DNA of 64,000 nt from Octopus sinensis (taxonomy: Eukaryota). Below are positions 1 through 11,525 of this stretch, piece by piece (the stretch's first letter is position 1; each line of letters begins with the position of its first letter). The notes beneath the pieces were generated by a model, which saw nothing but the letters and a program-made list of their open reading frames with translations, did not search any database and had not been told where the DNA came from. The position numbers and the translations under genes were made by a program. The stretch lies in the NCBI RefSeq assembly GCF_006345805.1, contig NC_043011.1:38948464-39012463 (forward strand). Direction: 5' to 3'.

Positions 1-13
1 AAGCTCCTTACCA

Positions 14-65
14 CACACACAACACACACACAACACACACACACACACACAACACACACACACAC

Positions 66-95
<30 letters not shown>
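14..95. repeat. (CA)n microsatellite, imperfect
   Basis: Direct reading of acacac tract with caa interruptions. Confidence 0.95.
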
Positions 96-97
<2 letters not shown>

Positions 98-395
98 GCC
101 TAATGATTAGAGCAGCGGACTCACGGTCGAGGGATCGCGGGTTTGAATCTCAGACCGGGCGATGTGTGTGTTTATGAGCGAAAACACCTAAGCTCCACGC
201 GGCTCCGGCAGAAGGTAATGGCGAACATTCTGCTGACTCTTTCGCCCACACCTTTCTCTCACTCTTTCCTCCTGCATCTTGCAGCTCACCTGCGACGGAC
301 CGGCGTCCCGTCCAGGTGGGGGAACCTATACGCCAAGGAAACCGGGAAACCGGCCCTTATGAGCCAGGCATGGCTTGAAAAGGAACAAACAACAC
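98..395 (+). mobile_element. tRNA-derived SINE, family B (tRNA head + body B1 + tail X)
   Basis: A-box-like GCCTAATGATTAG and B-box-like GGTTTGAATCTC. Body GTTTATGAGCGAAAACACCTAAGCTCCACG is shared with copies at 8502, 29127 and 52739. Tail CCTGCGACGGACCGGCGTCCCGTCCAGG. Confidence 0.8.
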
Positions 396-712
396 ACACA
401 CACACCACATACAGACAAACATGCATAACTACTTTAGCGATAAGAACATAGCGTAACAGCAACAGTAAACGAAAGACGAAATCAATGTCGAATTCTACAA
501 AAACGGTTAAGTAGCAGGTCTCGTGGTGGTGGTGGTGGTGATAGGTTAGGGGGTGTGGTGGCAGGAGCGGATGGTTGTGGGAGGAGGGGTTTATTATTGT
601 TTTTATTTCAGACGGTTAAACATCGACAGAGAAAGTAAAGAGATTCTCTCGCTGTAGTTAGTCCTGCTAATGCTCTTTCTTTCTTTTTTTTTTTTGTTCT
701 TAGACATAAGGC

Positions 713-1125
713 GGATCTTTTCGGTTTGAACGGCAGTTTTTTTCTAGCGGTGTCATATGAAATTGTCACCCATAATTATGACCCTAGTATCGATCTATTG
801 CATTTCAATCTGTTTTAGGGTTAGGGGCGGGGAAGGGTATCTTTTTTTTATTCACAAATGTAAATAAACCCAATCTGTTTCTTAAATGAGGGACATATTC
901 ATACGGCACAGAATGTTTTCACCTCAATAGACGTCATTGATTGGTTGAAATTGCAGAAATTGAAGAAAAAAACAACAACAAATATCTTACAAACTATAGA
1001 ATTTTCTCAGTAAAGCCAAAAGAAAAAGATGTTTTATAAACACATCCTACCAGTATACGAAGTTTAAAAGTGTTTAGTTACGTGGAAATTATTTTAAAAA
1101 ACTGCCGTTCAAACCGAAAAGATCC
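713..1125. mobile_element. Intact 413-bp MITE with perfect 30-bp TIRs and 8-bp TSD (Merlin-, hAT- or P-type)
   Basis: GGATCTTTTCGGTTTGAACGGCAGTTTTTT at 713-742 is the exact reverse complement of 1096-1125. CATAAGGC flanks both sides (705-712, 1126-1133). No ORF. Confidence 0.92.
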
Positions 1126-1287
1126 CATAAGGCTAATAAATTTAAAGGAAGTTATTATTAAATCCTTTATTTTATTTATTTATTTATTTATTTTATAGTT
1201 TTTGTTGCAGACACAAGGCCTGAAATTTTGGAGGGCGGGGGTTTGTCTATTGCATCAATCCCAGTGTTTCATATTTATTTTATTGAT

Positions 1288-1446
1288 AGGCGCAGGAGTG
1301 GCTGTGTGGTAAGTAGCTTGCTTCCCAACCACATGGTTCCGGGTTCAGTTTCACTGCGTGGCACCTTGGGCAAGTGTCTTCTACTATAGCCCCGGGCCGA
1401 CCAAAGCCTTGTGGACTTGGTAGACGGAAACTGAAGGAATCCCGTC

Positions 1447-1486
<40 letters not shown>

Positions 1487-1686
1487 ATGTATATTTTTGT
1501 GTGTTTGCGTTTGTCTTCCTCAATATCGCTTGACAACCAATGCTGGTATGTTTACGTCCCCGTAACTTAGCGGTTCGGCAAAGGGAACGATAGAATAAGT
1601 CCTGGGGTCGATTTGCTCGACTAAAGGCATTGCCCCAGCATGGCTGCAATCAAATGACTGAAACAAGTAAAAGAGTAAAAGAAAGA
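1288..1686 (+). mobile_element. tRNA-derived SINE, family A (full length, central microsatellite)
   Basis: Head GGCGCAGGAGTGGCTGTGTGGTAAG (A box) and GGTTCAGTTTC (B box). CORE-like CCTTGGGCAAGTGTC, central (TG)n, tail ending CTGAAACAAGTAAAAGAGTAAAAG. More than 25 copies or fragments in the window. Confidence 0.88.
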
Positions 1687-2469
1687 ATATTATAAACTTC
1701 AAGGGCCAAGTCGACCTTGATGGAATTTCAATTCAAAAATGGCTTCAAATTTTGGCACAAGGCCAGTAATTTTGGAAGGGGGAAAGCAAGTCAATTACAT
1801 CCACTAGCGTAGCTTGGGGGGGGGGGACGGTAGGGGCGGTCCACCCCAGGCGGTACTTTTAAAGGGGCGACACATTTGGGTCTGCTGCAGGCTATATGTG
1901 TTTTTTTTTTTGTGTGGTGACAAAAAATGGAAGGGCCGCCTGGGCGGCACACACTCTACCTATGCTAGTAATTACATTGACCCTTGTATTCAATTGGTAC
2001 TTATTTTATTGACCCCGAAAGGATGACAAGGCAAAGTTGACCTCTGCTGAATTTGAACTCAGAACATATGGATGGGTGAAATGACGCCAAGGATTCTGTT
2101 ATCTCTCCGCCTTTTTTAAATTCAATAATTATAATCGTTTCAAATTTTGGCACCAGGCCAGTCCAGCTATTTTATTTTTAATATTTAGGCGAAGGGATAA
2201 GTCAATTACATCGCCCAGTGCTTGACAGCTACTTATTTTGTAGACCTCGAAAGGATGAAAGGCTAAGTCAATCTCGGTGGAATTTGAATTCAATAATAAT
2301 AAAAATATTCCTTCTTTACTATAAGCACAAGGCCTGTAATTTCGAGAGATGGATTACATTGTCAGCAGTACTCTATTGGTACTTCTTTTATCGACCCTGA
2401 AAGGATAAAAATCAAAATCGACCTTGTTCAAATTTGAACTCAGAATGTAAGACCAGAAAAAATGTTGAT

Positions 2470-2632
2470 TAGCGTAGGAGTGGCTGTGTGGTAAGTAGCT
2501 TGCTTACTAACCACATGGTCCTGGTTCAGTCCCACTGCATGGCACCTTTGGCAAGTGTCTTCTACTATAGCCTCAGGCTGACCAAAGCCTTGTGAGTGGA
2601 TTTGATAGACAGAAACTGAAGGAATCCCATCG

Positions 2633-2665
<33 letters not shown>

Positions 2666-2878
2666 ATATGTTTGTGTGTCTGTGTTTGTCCACCCAACAT
2701 TGCTTGGCAACCGATGCTGGTGTGTTTACGTCCCCGTAACTTAGTGGTTCAGCAAAAGAGACTGATAGAATAAGTAATAGGCTTACAAAGAATAAGTCCT
2801 GGGGTCGATTTGCTTGACTAAAGGCAGTGCTCCAGCATGACCACAGTCAAATGACTGAAACAAGTAAAAGAGTAAACG
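2470..2878 (+). mobile_element. Family A SINE, full length
   Basis: Same head / (TA)(TG) / tail layout as 1288-1686. Confidence 0.88.
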
Positions 2879-3120
2879 ATTAGCATTTTCTTCTGCTGGC
2901 CAACAATTCTGCTTGCTCGTCACTTGAGGATCCCTGTACTTGACAAGTATTTTATTTCACTGACTCCAAAATGATAAAAGGCAAAGTTGACCTCGCCAGA
3001 GTTTGAACTTATAGCATAAGGACCGTCAACTGAAAGGTATTCTTTGGCAATCAATCGTTTTTGGTTTTAGACTTGTCACTGTTTATGGCTGGTCGTTCAG
3101 TAATTTCCGTAATTTTTTTT

Positions 3121-3236
3121 TTATTTAGTTTTGTTTTCATGACGTGTCAAAGGCGACATTTGCTTTGAATTTGGTGAAAAGTGAAACTTCAGAGCAAATG
3201 TCGCCTTCAACACGTCATGAAAACGAAAGTAAATAA
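3121..3236. other. 116-nt imperfect palindrome (37-bp core stem, 18-nt loop)
   Basis: 3133-3169 vs reverse complement of 3188-3224 match at 34/37; a 12-bp outer extension also largely pairs. Confidence 0.9.
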
Positions 3237-4444
3237 ATGAAAGTTTTTTCTTTTTAACAGAAATTCCTGAACAACCAACTGTAAACAGTGATAAGTCTGA
3301 GACCAAAAACAATTGATTGCCAACCATGCCAAGATTTGAATCTGGAACATGAACCATAACTAAATACAGCAAAGCGTGTTTTCCCATGCTTATAGTGATT
3401 CCACTGGCTCACTGCCTCTTAATGACGTCTAATATAGAGACATGTTAAGGTGGTGAGCGAGCAGAAGCAATTAGCTTAGTAGCATTTCATCTGATTCCAT
3501 GTTCTGAGTTCAAATTCTGCAAAAGTCGACTTTGCCTTTCATCTTTTCGGGGGGTCAATAAATTAAGAACCAGTTGAACACAAGGGTTGATGTAATCAAC
3601 TTACCCCTCCCCCAAAATTGCTGGCCTTGTGCCAAAATCTGAAACCAATATTGTGATCATATGAGGCGGTGAGCAGGTAGGATCATTAGCACGCCAGGTA
3701 AAATGCTTAGTGGCATTTTGTCTGACTTTATGTTCTGCTGAGGTTGACTTTGCCTTTCATTCTTATTGGGAGTTGATAAAATAAGTACCAGCTGTGCACT
3801 GGTGTTAATGTAACCGACATACAACCTCTCCAAAATCTGAAACCAATAGGGAGACAATTTCCAGAAAGGGGTTATTAGATTATATCAATTCAAATCCTCG
3901 ATTGATACATTATTTTATTGACCTTTTAAAGATGAAAGTCAAAGCTGACTTCAAGGAGATTTGAACTCAGAATGTAAGGATCCACAACTAAATACCACAA
4001 GGCATTTTGTTTGATGTTTTTTGTGATTCTGTCAATCTGCTGTCCTATAGCCAACTAATATTTATCTATTATTTGAGCACAAAGATACCAGTTTTGAGGG
4101 GAGGGTTTAGTCAAGGCCATTGACTATATGACTTGTACTTTAATTTATCAAATCATGGTCAATGAAATAAAGTATCAGTCAAGTACCAGATCAGAATGGT
4201 ATTGGTTAACCCCTTTTTCTGATTTAAGAACAAAATCAGCAATTTGGAGGGGGTGAGGAAATGGGGTTAGTTGACGACATCAACTCATGTACTTGACTGG
4301 TACTCTTATTTTATCAACTCCAGATGGAAGTAAAGCAATAACAACCTCGGCTGGTTTTGAACTCAGAATATAAAAAAGCTGGATGAAATACCCCAGCACT
4401 TTTGCTAATGTCTAACCAGCAATCTGAAAGCTCTTCAGCTTGCT

Positions 4445-5115
4445 AATAATGCTTTCTATATTTACCCCTAAGGGTTCACCAAAAAATATTTGGGACGGTG
4501 TAGGACAACATCAAGCGGGGTCGCATAAATAGAATCATGTCAACAGTAAAAATGATAACAATATAAATTCTTACAGTGCAAAGTTCTTCTAAAGATGGAG
4601 ACTTCCTAGAGCTGCTTGTAGAAACCCCACAAAACCATAGTTACCCTGACCATTAGGGCCAGTGCCCTCTCCACATCATCTTCCTTCAATCTACAGGTGT
4701 ATGCTTAGAGTAGACCCATTCACTTGAATCATTCTTGCCACATTCACTCCCCTGGGAGACAGGACTTCCCTCTCTCTCTCTCTACCCTCACTGCCCTTTT
4801 TGAGTGAAACTTGGAATAGTTGATGAAGTATTTGTTTTCAATCTTTTCGATCTGGCCCACCACACAACCGCTTTCACTTAGGCTACCAGACAAATAAATA
4901 CTGCTTGCCTTTCTCGTAGGTGGGACAATTTTCACAATGGACTCAGCTGATTGCTCGATCCGTCTTACATCTGACAGCATGTGTTCAACATAGACCCACA
5001 AGTTGGCAATACTTACACACTGGATGAGAGCATGCAGAATATTTTTTTCTTCATATTGTGCTTCTTGAGTGAGCCTGGCTGTAGAGTTCATCCTGAACTG
5101 GTAATGCTTCTCCAT
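4445..5115 (-). mobile_element. 3' end of an L1/Tx1-type LINE (ORF2 C-terminus + 3' UTR), decayed
   Basis: Minus translation EEKNILHALIQCVSIANLWVYVEHML fits the ExxxHxLxxC zinc-knuckle tail of L1-clade ORF2. It continues to ...VARMIQVNGSTLSIHL-stop, then a UTR ending CCCTTAGGGGTAAATATAGAAAG. Confidence 0.6.
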
Positions 5116-5376
5116 AGCACTGCTAGGTTAGGGATTACTGGAAATTATCCATGGGCTCCAGCCTGAAAGCCCTCCAGAACAGAGAAATTTTGAGTATTGG
5201 CTTTATTTCAACTCCCAAATGGATGAAGTTCATCCTGAACTGGTAATGCTTCTCCATAGCACTGCTAGGTTAGGGATTACTGGAAATTATCCATGGGCTC
5301 CAGCCTGAAAGTCCTCCAGAACAGAGAAATTTTGAGTATTGGCTTTATTTCATCAACTCCCAAAGGGATGAAGTTC
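5085..5376 (+). repeat. Tandem duplication, units of 142 and 145 bp
   Basis: AGTTCATCCTGAACTGG starts at 5085 and at 5227; copies are near-identical; AGTTC recurs at 5372. Confidence 0.95.
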
Positions 5377-5441
5377 CGGATCTTTTTGTGGAGTGAGAGG
5401 GCTGTTGATCTCCAGATTGGTCACAAGGTGTTGGTGTAAAT

Positions 5442-5672
5442 GAAAATGGGGATGGATAGGCCACATGCTACAAAAGCCTGCACCAAATGTCACCAAGCAG
5501 GCCCTTGATTAGAACCCACAGGGGGAAACACAAAGTGGGCCGACCAAAACAATGCAGAAGTGGGGCAGCTGGAATGATGTGGGCTGAGCTGAGGAGGAAC
5601 ATCCAGAACTGCGTCCATTGGCAAAATGATGTTGCAGCCCTATGTTCTCTGAGGAATCAAGAGGCCGAAGTG
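5442..5672 (+). mobile_element. 3' end of RTE-clade LINE ORF2, frameshifted
   Basis: KWGWIGHMLQKPAPNVTKQALD*NPQG..KVGRPKQ..AAGMMWAELRRNIQNCVHWQNDVAALCSLRNQEA matches the WIGH...GRP...W..L C-terminal pattern of RTE ORF2. Confidence 0.8.
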
Positions 5673-6639
5673 GAAGAAATAGAAATGGGTGAAAGGTAAA
5701 ATTTTAGTTGGATTTGAATGTCAAACATAATAAAGAGTCAGAAGTAATTACAGTTTCAGATTTTGATACAAGGCCAGCAATTTTAAGAGGAGGGTGTTAC
5801 ATTGACCCCAGTACTTGACTGGTACTTGATTTTATCAACCATGTTCTTGGTGGGATTTGAACTCAGAATGTAAAGAGCTACAAGAAATACTACTAAGCAC
5901 TTAATCTGCCATGCTAACAATTCTGCCAGTCGCCACCCAAGAGTCAAAGGAAGGGGTTTTGTCTGATGGTCTCACTATTCTGCCAACTTAGTGCCCTTAA
6001 TTGTTTTGTATTTAAAATACAAAGCCAGCAATTTGGGGAGAGGGAGGGGGTTTAGTCCATATAATCTACCCTGGTATTTGATTGGTACTTCATTTTATGA
6101 ACTGTAACAAGATGGAAAGAAAATATTACCTTGGTAGGATTTGAAATTGTGTCATAAGAAACCAAAACCAGTACTGCAGGGGCAATTTGTTTGCTAACAC
6201 ACAACCCCTGCTTGTAATTTTTAACATAGGCACAAATCCAAAAGCCAGGCAGTTATAACAATTCCTAATATAAATACAAGATTGTGTATGCAAGTGTGTG
6301 TGTGTGCATATGCATGTGTGGGGGTGTATGTTCGTATGTGTGTATATCATTGCTATTATGTAAAAGTGTTGTAAATCCAAAACATTGCTTTTTCAGAAAA
6401 CGATAAAAGTTTCACCATTCCATAGCAAAACTGTTGTACAACACTTTGACAATTTTTGATATCTTGGCATCTGAAGCAGCTGGAGATACAATAGTTTTAC
6501 CAAAAGAACTGACTATTGCAAGCACAAATAAATATTGAAAAAAAGCACATTTGGCCAAATTTGGACATACAACAGTTTAACATAATTGTAATGATATATA
6601 CATGGATTGATCATGTTATCTTTCTTCTTTGATTTGTTT

Positions 6640-6978
6640 CAGACATTGGGCTGTGGTCATGCTGGGGCATTGCATTGAAGAATTTTTTAAGTCTGGTTCT
6701 TATTCCGTTAGTCTCTTTTGCTTAATTGCTAAGTTATCGCGATGTCAAGAGGTGGTGGGGTATAATGATAGACACAGACACATATAGACACACATACACA
6801 CAGATATGTATGTATGTATATGAAGGGCTTCTTTCAGTTTTAACTGACCAAATCCATTCACAAGGCATTGGTTAACCTGGAGCTATGGTAGAAGACACTT
6901 GCCCAAGGTGCCATGCAGTGGGACTGAACCCAGGACCATGTGGTTGAGAAGCAAACTTCTTACCATATAGCCATGCTG
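6640..6978 (-). mobile_element. Family A SINE, decayed
   Basis: Reverse complement of the A tail (6640-6760) and head (6820-6978) around a CA/TA tract. Confidence 0.75.
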
Positions 6979-7480
6979 GCACTATATCCATTCATCCATC
7001 TATCTATCTATCTGTATATACACACACACACACATTGAGAGAGGGAGAGAGAGTGCTGTGCAACATCTCTTTTTTCTCTTTTGAACATCCACATGTAAGC
7101 ATAGACACAGATACATATGTGCGCGCACACACAAACACACACACGTGTATATCTATTTATACATATCTAAGCATATATGTATATGTATATATATGCACTT
7201 ATCTCTGTCTACTACAGAGACAAGAGCTGAAATTTTTGAAGGGAGGGGAGGGCTACTCAATTACATTGATCCCAGTGCTCAACTGGTACTTTATTTTAAC
7301 AACCCCAAAAGGGACAAAAAGCAAAACTTACTTAATTGGTACTTTATTTTAATGACCCTTAAAGGATAAAAGACAAACATTGACCTTTGTAGGATATGAA
7401 CTCAGAACATGATGAGCTATGACAAAATATTGTTAGGCATTTTAATTTGCCGATGCACTGCTCTTAATTGTTTTGATATA

Positions 7481-8318
7481 CACAGTCGTATCATAAGGTC
7501 CCTGGATTAGTTACATTTAATAAAAAAATAACTTATTTACCCAAGTTTTAACATCTCATTCAAAATAGTCACCTTTCCACTTTTGGAATCTGACCCGGAA
7601 GTAATTTTGTGTAAGCAAATCAAGGGCCTTCTGCAATTTGCCTTGGATCTCAGCAATGGTATTTAAATGGTGACCTTTGAGCTGCATTTTCATCAAGGGG
7701 AAGAGACTGAAGTCTGCAGGTGCTAAATCTGGTGAATGGGGCAGGTGCAGAAGCGATACCATGTCGTTTTTTGGTAAGAAGCTCATGAATGAAGAAAGCC
7801 TAGTGGAGAATCCAATTCTTCGTGCTCCACAGATCTGGTTGCTTTTACTGAATATCCTCCCTCAAAGTGTTGCAGAAGAACTTTCAATTTTTGGTCTGGC
7901 CCTGGTGGGGAATTCTTGATACACAATAACACATTTCCGAGGGTGATGTTTGTGGCAGTTTTCCATATTGCTCATCATCTTCTAGGGATGTTCTTCAGCT
8001 TTTAAAGTGCCCGTGCCACTTGAAACATTGCATATGACCCATTGCCTTATCGCCATAAGCTTGCTGAAGTATGCTCAATATTTCTGTAGCAGATTTCCCA
8101 AGTTTAACACAAAATTCCACGTTGGCTCTTTGTTCCTGTCCCTGACAAAATCACAAACTACAGCATACACGTGATCACAAAAATGCAAATTTCACAACTT
8201 GTGAAGTAAACACAGTGATGTCCCTTGGCACACTGCCTCATGAATATCACTGCAGCCATGTGCTGCTATCTGTTGGTGTGCTACAGAACTAGTACAGGAA
8301 CCTTTTGACACCACCTCA
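7481..8318 (-). mobile_element. Internally deleted mariner element
   Basis: Minus ORF ...HLPHSPDLAPADFSLFPLMKMQLKG (mariner YSPDLAPxD motif). Degenerate 30-bp TIRs (20/30) bounded by TA at 7479-7480 and 8319-8320. Confidence 0.85.
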
Positions 8319-8501
8319 TAGACACGAGATCAGAAAATTGTGAGGAAGGGCATAGACTATTACATCAACCCCAGTACTTGACACGTGTACATGTGTAAGA
8401 GCTTGTGCATGTGTATGTGTATGTGTCTTTATGTCTGTCTCCCCCCACCCCCTCACCATCACTTGACAACTGATGTTAGTGTGTTTATATTTCTGTAACT
8501 T

Positions 8502-8873
8502 GTGGAGGCGCAATGGCCCAGTGGTTAGGGAAGCGGACTCGCGGTTTTGATTCCCAGACCGGGCATTGTGAGTGTTTATTGAGCAAAAACACCTAAAAAG
8601 CTCCACGAGGCTCCGGCAGGGGATGGTGGTGATCCCTGCTGTACTCTTTCACCACAACTTTCTCTCACTCTTACTTCCTGTTTCTGTTGTACCTGTATTT
8701 CAAAGAGCCAGCCTTGTCACACTCTGTGTCACGCTGAATCTCCTTGAGAACTACGTTAAGGGTACATGTGTCTGTGGAATGCTCAGCCACTTGCACGTTA
8801 ATTCCACGAGCAAGCTGTTCCGTTGATCGTATCAGCTGGGACCCTCATCGTCGTAACCGACGGAGTGCTCCTA
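8502..8873 (+). mobile_element. Family B SINE (body B1 + tail Y) inserted into a family A tail, 16-bp TSD
   Basis: TSD TATATTTCTGTAACTT at 8486-8501 and 8874-8889. Head GGAGGCGCAATGGCCCAGTGGTTAGGG; tail ends GTAACCGACGGAGTGC. Confidence 0.9.
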
Positions 8874-9369
8874 TATATTTCTGTAACTTAGCAGTTCAGC
8901 AAAAGAGACCAATAGAATAAGTACTAGGTTGCCAAGGAAAAAAGTCCTGGGGTTGATTTGTTTGACTAAAGGTGGTGCTCCAGCATGGCTGCAGTCACAT
9001 GACTGAAACAAGTAAAAGAATAAAAGATTTATATATGATGAACTTTTTTCAGTTTCTGTCTACCAAAATCATTCCTTTGCACTGAGATTGAACCCAGGAC
9101 CGTGTGACTGGGAGGCAAAATTCTTACCACACAGCCATTTAATAATAATAATAATAATGATAATAATGAAAGAAAGAGAGTTTTTCTAATTAGTTCAACA
9201 TTAATGTTTTCATACACTTGCAGTTGTTGAATAGAAGAAGTGTCTTCATTAGATGTAAACTTAACATTTTAAATTAATTAACCAATTAATTTATTAATTG
9301 ATTTTGATTTTGTTACATTGGAATTTTTTTTATTCACAGTTTTTTAATTCCTGTTATTTGAAAGGCATC

Positions 9370-10052
9370 GATGATGTGTGTGTGTATGTGCATGCACATG
9401 TGTGTGTGTGTGTATGTGTGAGGGCGTGTGTATGCATGTGTATGAGCATGCGTATGTGTGTGTGAGAATATATATACATATATATATATGTATATATATA
9501 ATATACACATACACAAACGCAAATGCATATATTCAGAGAGAGAGAGGGAAGGAGAGAGAGATAGAGAGAATGCTATACAATATTTTGATCACCCAAAATG
9601 TATATGTACACACACACACAGACATGTGTATGTGTATATATATATATGTGTGTATATGTATGTATATATATATATATATGTATGTATGTATATATATATA
9701 TAAATATATATATGTGTGTATATATATGTGTGTGTGTATGTATGTATATATATATATATACGTGTATGTATGAATATGTATGTATATATATGTATATATG
9801 TATATATGTATATGTATATGTATATATATATATATGTATATGTATGTATATGTATATATATATGTATATGTATGTATATGTATGTATATGTATATATATA
9901 TATATGTATATGTATGTATATGTATATATATATGTATGTATATATATGTCTATATATATATATATGTGTATGTATATATATGTGTATGTATATATATATA
10001 TATATGTGTGTATGTATGTATGTATATATATGTATATATATGTATGTGTATG

Positions 10053-10117
<65 letters not shown>

Positions 10118-10152
10118 GTATGTATATATATGTATATATGTATGTATATATA

Positions 10153-10199
<47 letters not shown>

Positions 10200-10235
10200 G
10201 TATTATATAGATATATGTGTAAGTATATATATGTG

Positions 10236-10271
<36 letters not shown>

Positions 10272-10330
10272 TGTATGTATGTATATATAGGTGTATGTAT
10301 GTATGTATGTATATATATGTATGTGTATGT
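9370..10330. repeat. Giant compound (TA)n/(TG)n/(TATG)n microsatellite
   Basis: Direct reading; this tract produces the YIYI/CVCV pseudo-ORFs. Confidence 0.97.
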
Positions 10331-10900
10331 ATGTATATATATATGTATGTCAGGTTACTTTCGAGTGCTACTGGTAACATGTAACCCAGTACAACCTGTT
10401 GCATGGTCGGGTCGTCAGCGACTAAACCGGCAACACAACCAAGCTTGCTTGGTGAGGAGGGTGATTATTGGTCACCCAGTGGGATGAAAAACAAAACCCG
10501 TCAAAGGGCGAAGGAACTCTTGAGAGTCAACGGCCATCCAATAAATGTCTTAAGGCTGTATCATGCGTGGGGACATAGAAATAATCGGACTGAATACCCG
10601 ATAGCACGGTTAAACCTTTGGGAGTGAAGGATTCCTAGCCTTTGTTAGGGCATCCTTCTAAGAGAAGGTAACTCAGGTAACTGGGATAACTCCGAAATAA
10701 AACCTGTGGCCCAGTGGTTACCGATGATGTTGACTTGTTCTTCTTTTCGGATTATGGCTACTGTTGCTTAGTGAGTGGAATTGACTCAGTGCACAGCCTT
10801 TCCTCAGTTTAAAAAAAAAATCTTCTTGCACAGGCATTGCATGATAACAACATTGACTAAGCTTCGTGCAATGGCCATACTCGATAACAAGGGGGCAGCC
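10330..10900 (+). mobile_element. Unclassified island, possibly the 5' UTR of an RTE-type retroelement
   Basis: TTAGGGCATCCTTCTAAGAGAAGGTAACTC...AAACCTG resembles the TAGGGCAxCCxxTCTAxGAGAAGGxAAACTC motif I recall from RTE 5' regions. Not verified. Confidence 0.3.
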
Positions 10901-10904
10901 ACCA

Positions 10905-10910
10905 TGTGTA

Positions 10911-10955
<45 letters not shown>

Positions 10956-11051
10956 ATGTATGTATGTATATATATATGTGTATGTATGTATGTGTATGTA
11001 TGTATATATATATGTGTGCGTATGTGTATGTATGTATATATATGTGTGTAT

Positions 11052-11091
<40 letters not shown>

Positions 11092-11525
11092 ATGTATGTG
11101 TATATATATATATGTATGTATGAGTATGTATATGTATGTATATATGAGTATGTATATATATGTATGTGTATGTATATATATATATATTTGTATATGTATG
11201 TATATATATATGTGTATATATATGTATATATATATGCGTGTGTATTATGTATATATGAATATGTCTGTGTATGTATGTATATATATATATATGTGTGTGT
11301 GTGTGTGCACGTGTGTGTGTGTGTATATATATATATGTGTGTGTATGTATGTATATATATATATGTGTGTATGTGTGTATGTATGCATGTGTATGTATAT
11401 ATATATATATATATATGTATGTGTATATATATGTATGTATTTTTATCTATATATATGTGTATATATATGTATGTATGTGTGTATATATATGTATGCATAT
11501 ATGTATGTGTGTGTATATATATATA
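10905..11525. repeat. Giant compound (TA)n/(TG)n microsatellite
   Basis: Direct reading. Confidence 0.97.

Larger units (their letters stand above)
1735..7450. mobile_element. Cluster of about 13 decayed family-C SINE copies (mostly minus strand)
   Basis: Recurrent ACTGGTACTTATTTTATCGACCCCGAAAGGATGAAAGGCAAAGTCGACC...ATTTGAACTCAGAA near 1960, 2210, 2360, 2930, 3900, 4290, 5800, 6060, 7270; plus-strand copies at about 3445-3650 and 3660-3850. Confidence 0.8.

Noticed and set aside
815-826. Interstitial telomere
   Set aside because: Only two TTAGGG units, internal to a MITE.
4981-5166. Plus-strand ORF MFNIDPQ...
   Set aside because: Antisense shadow of the Tx1 LINE remnant running into the tandem duplication.
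8502-8570. tRNA genes at SINE heads (also 29340-29410, 31475, 52739, 63056)
   Set aside because: A and B boxes are present, but there is no acceptor-stem closure and each runs into SINE body and tail.
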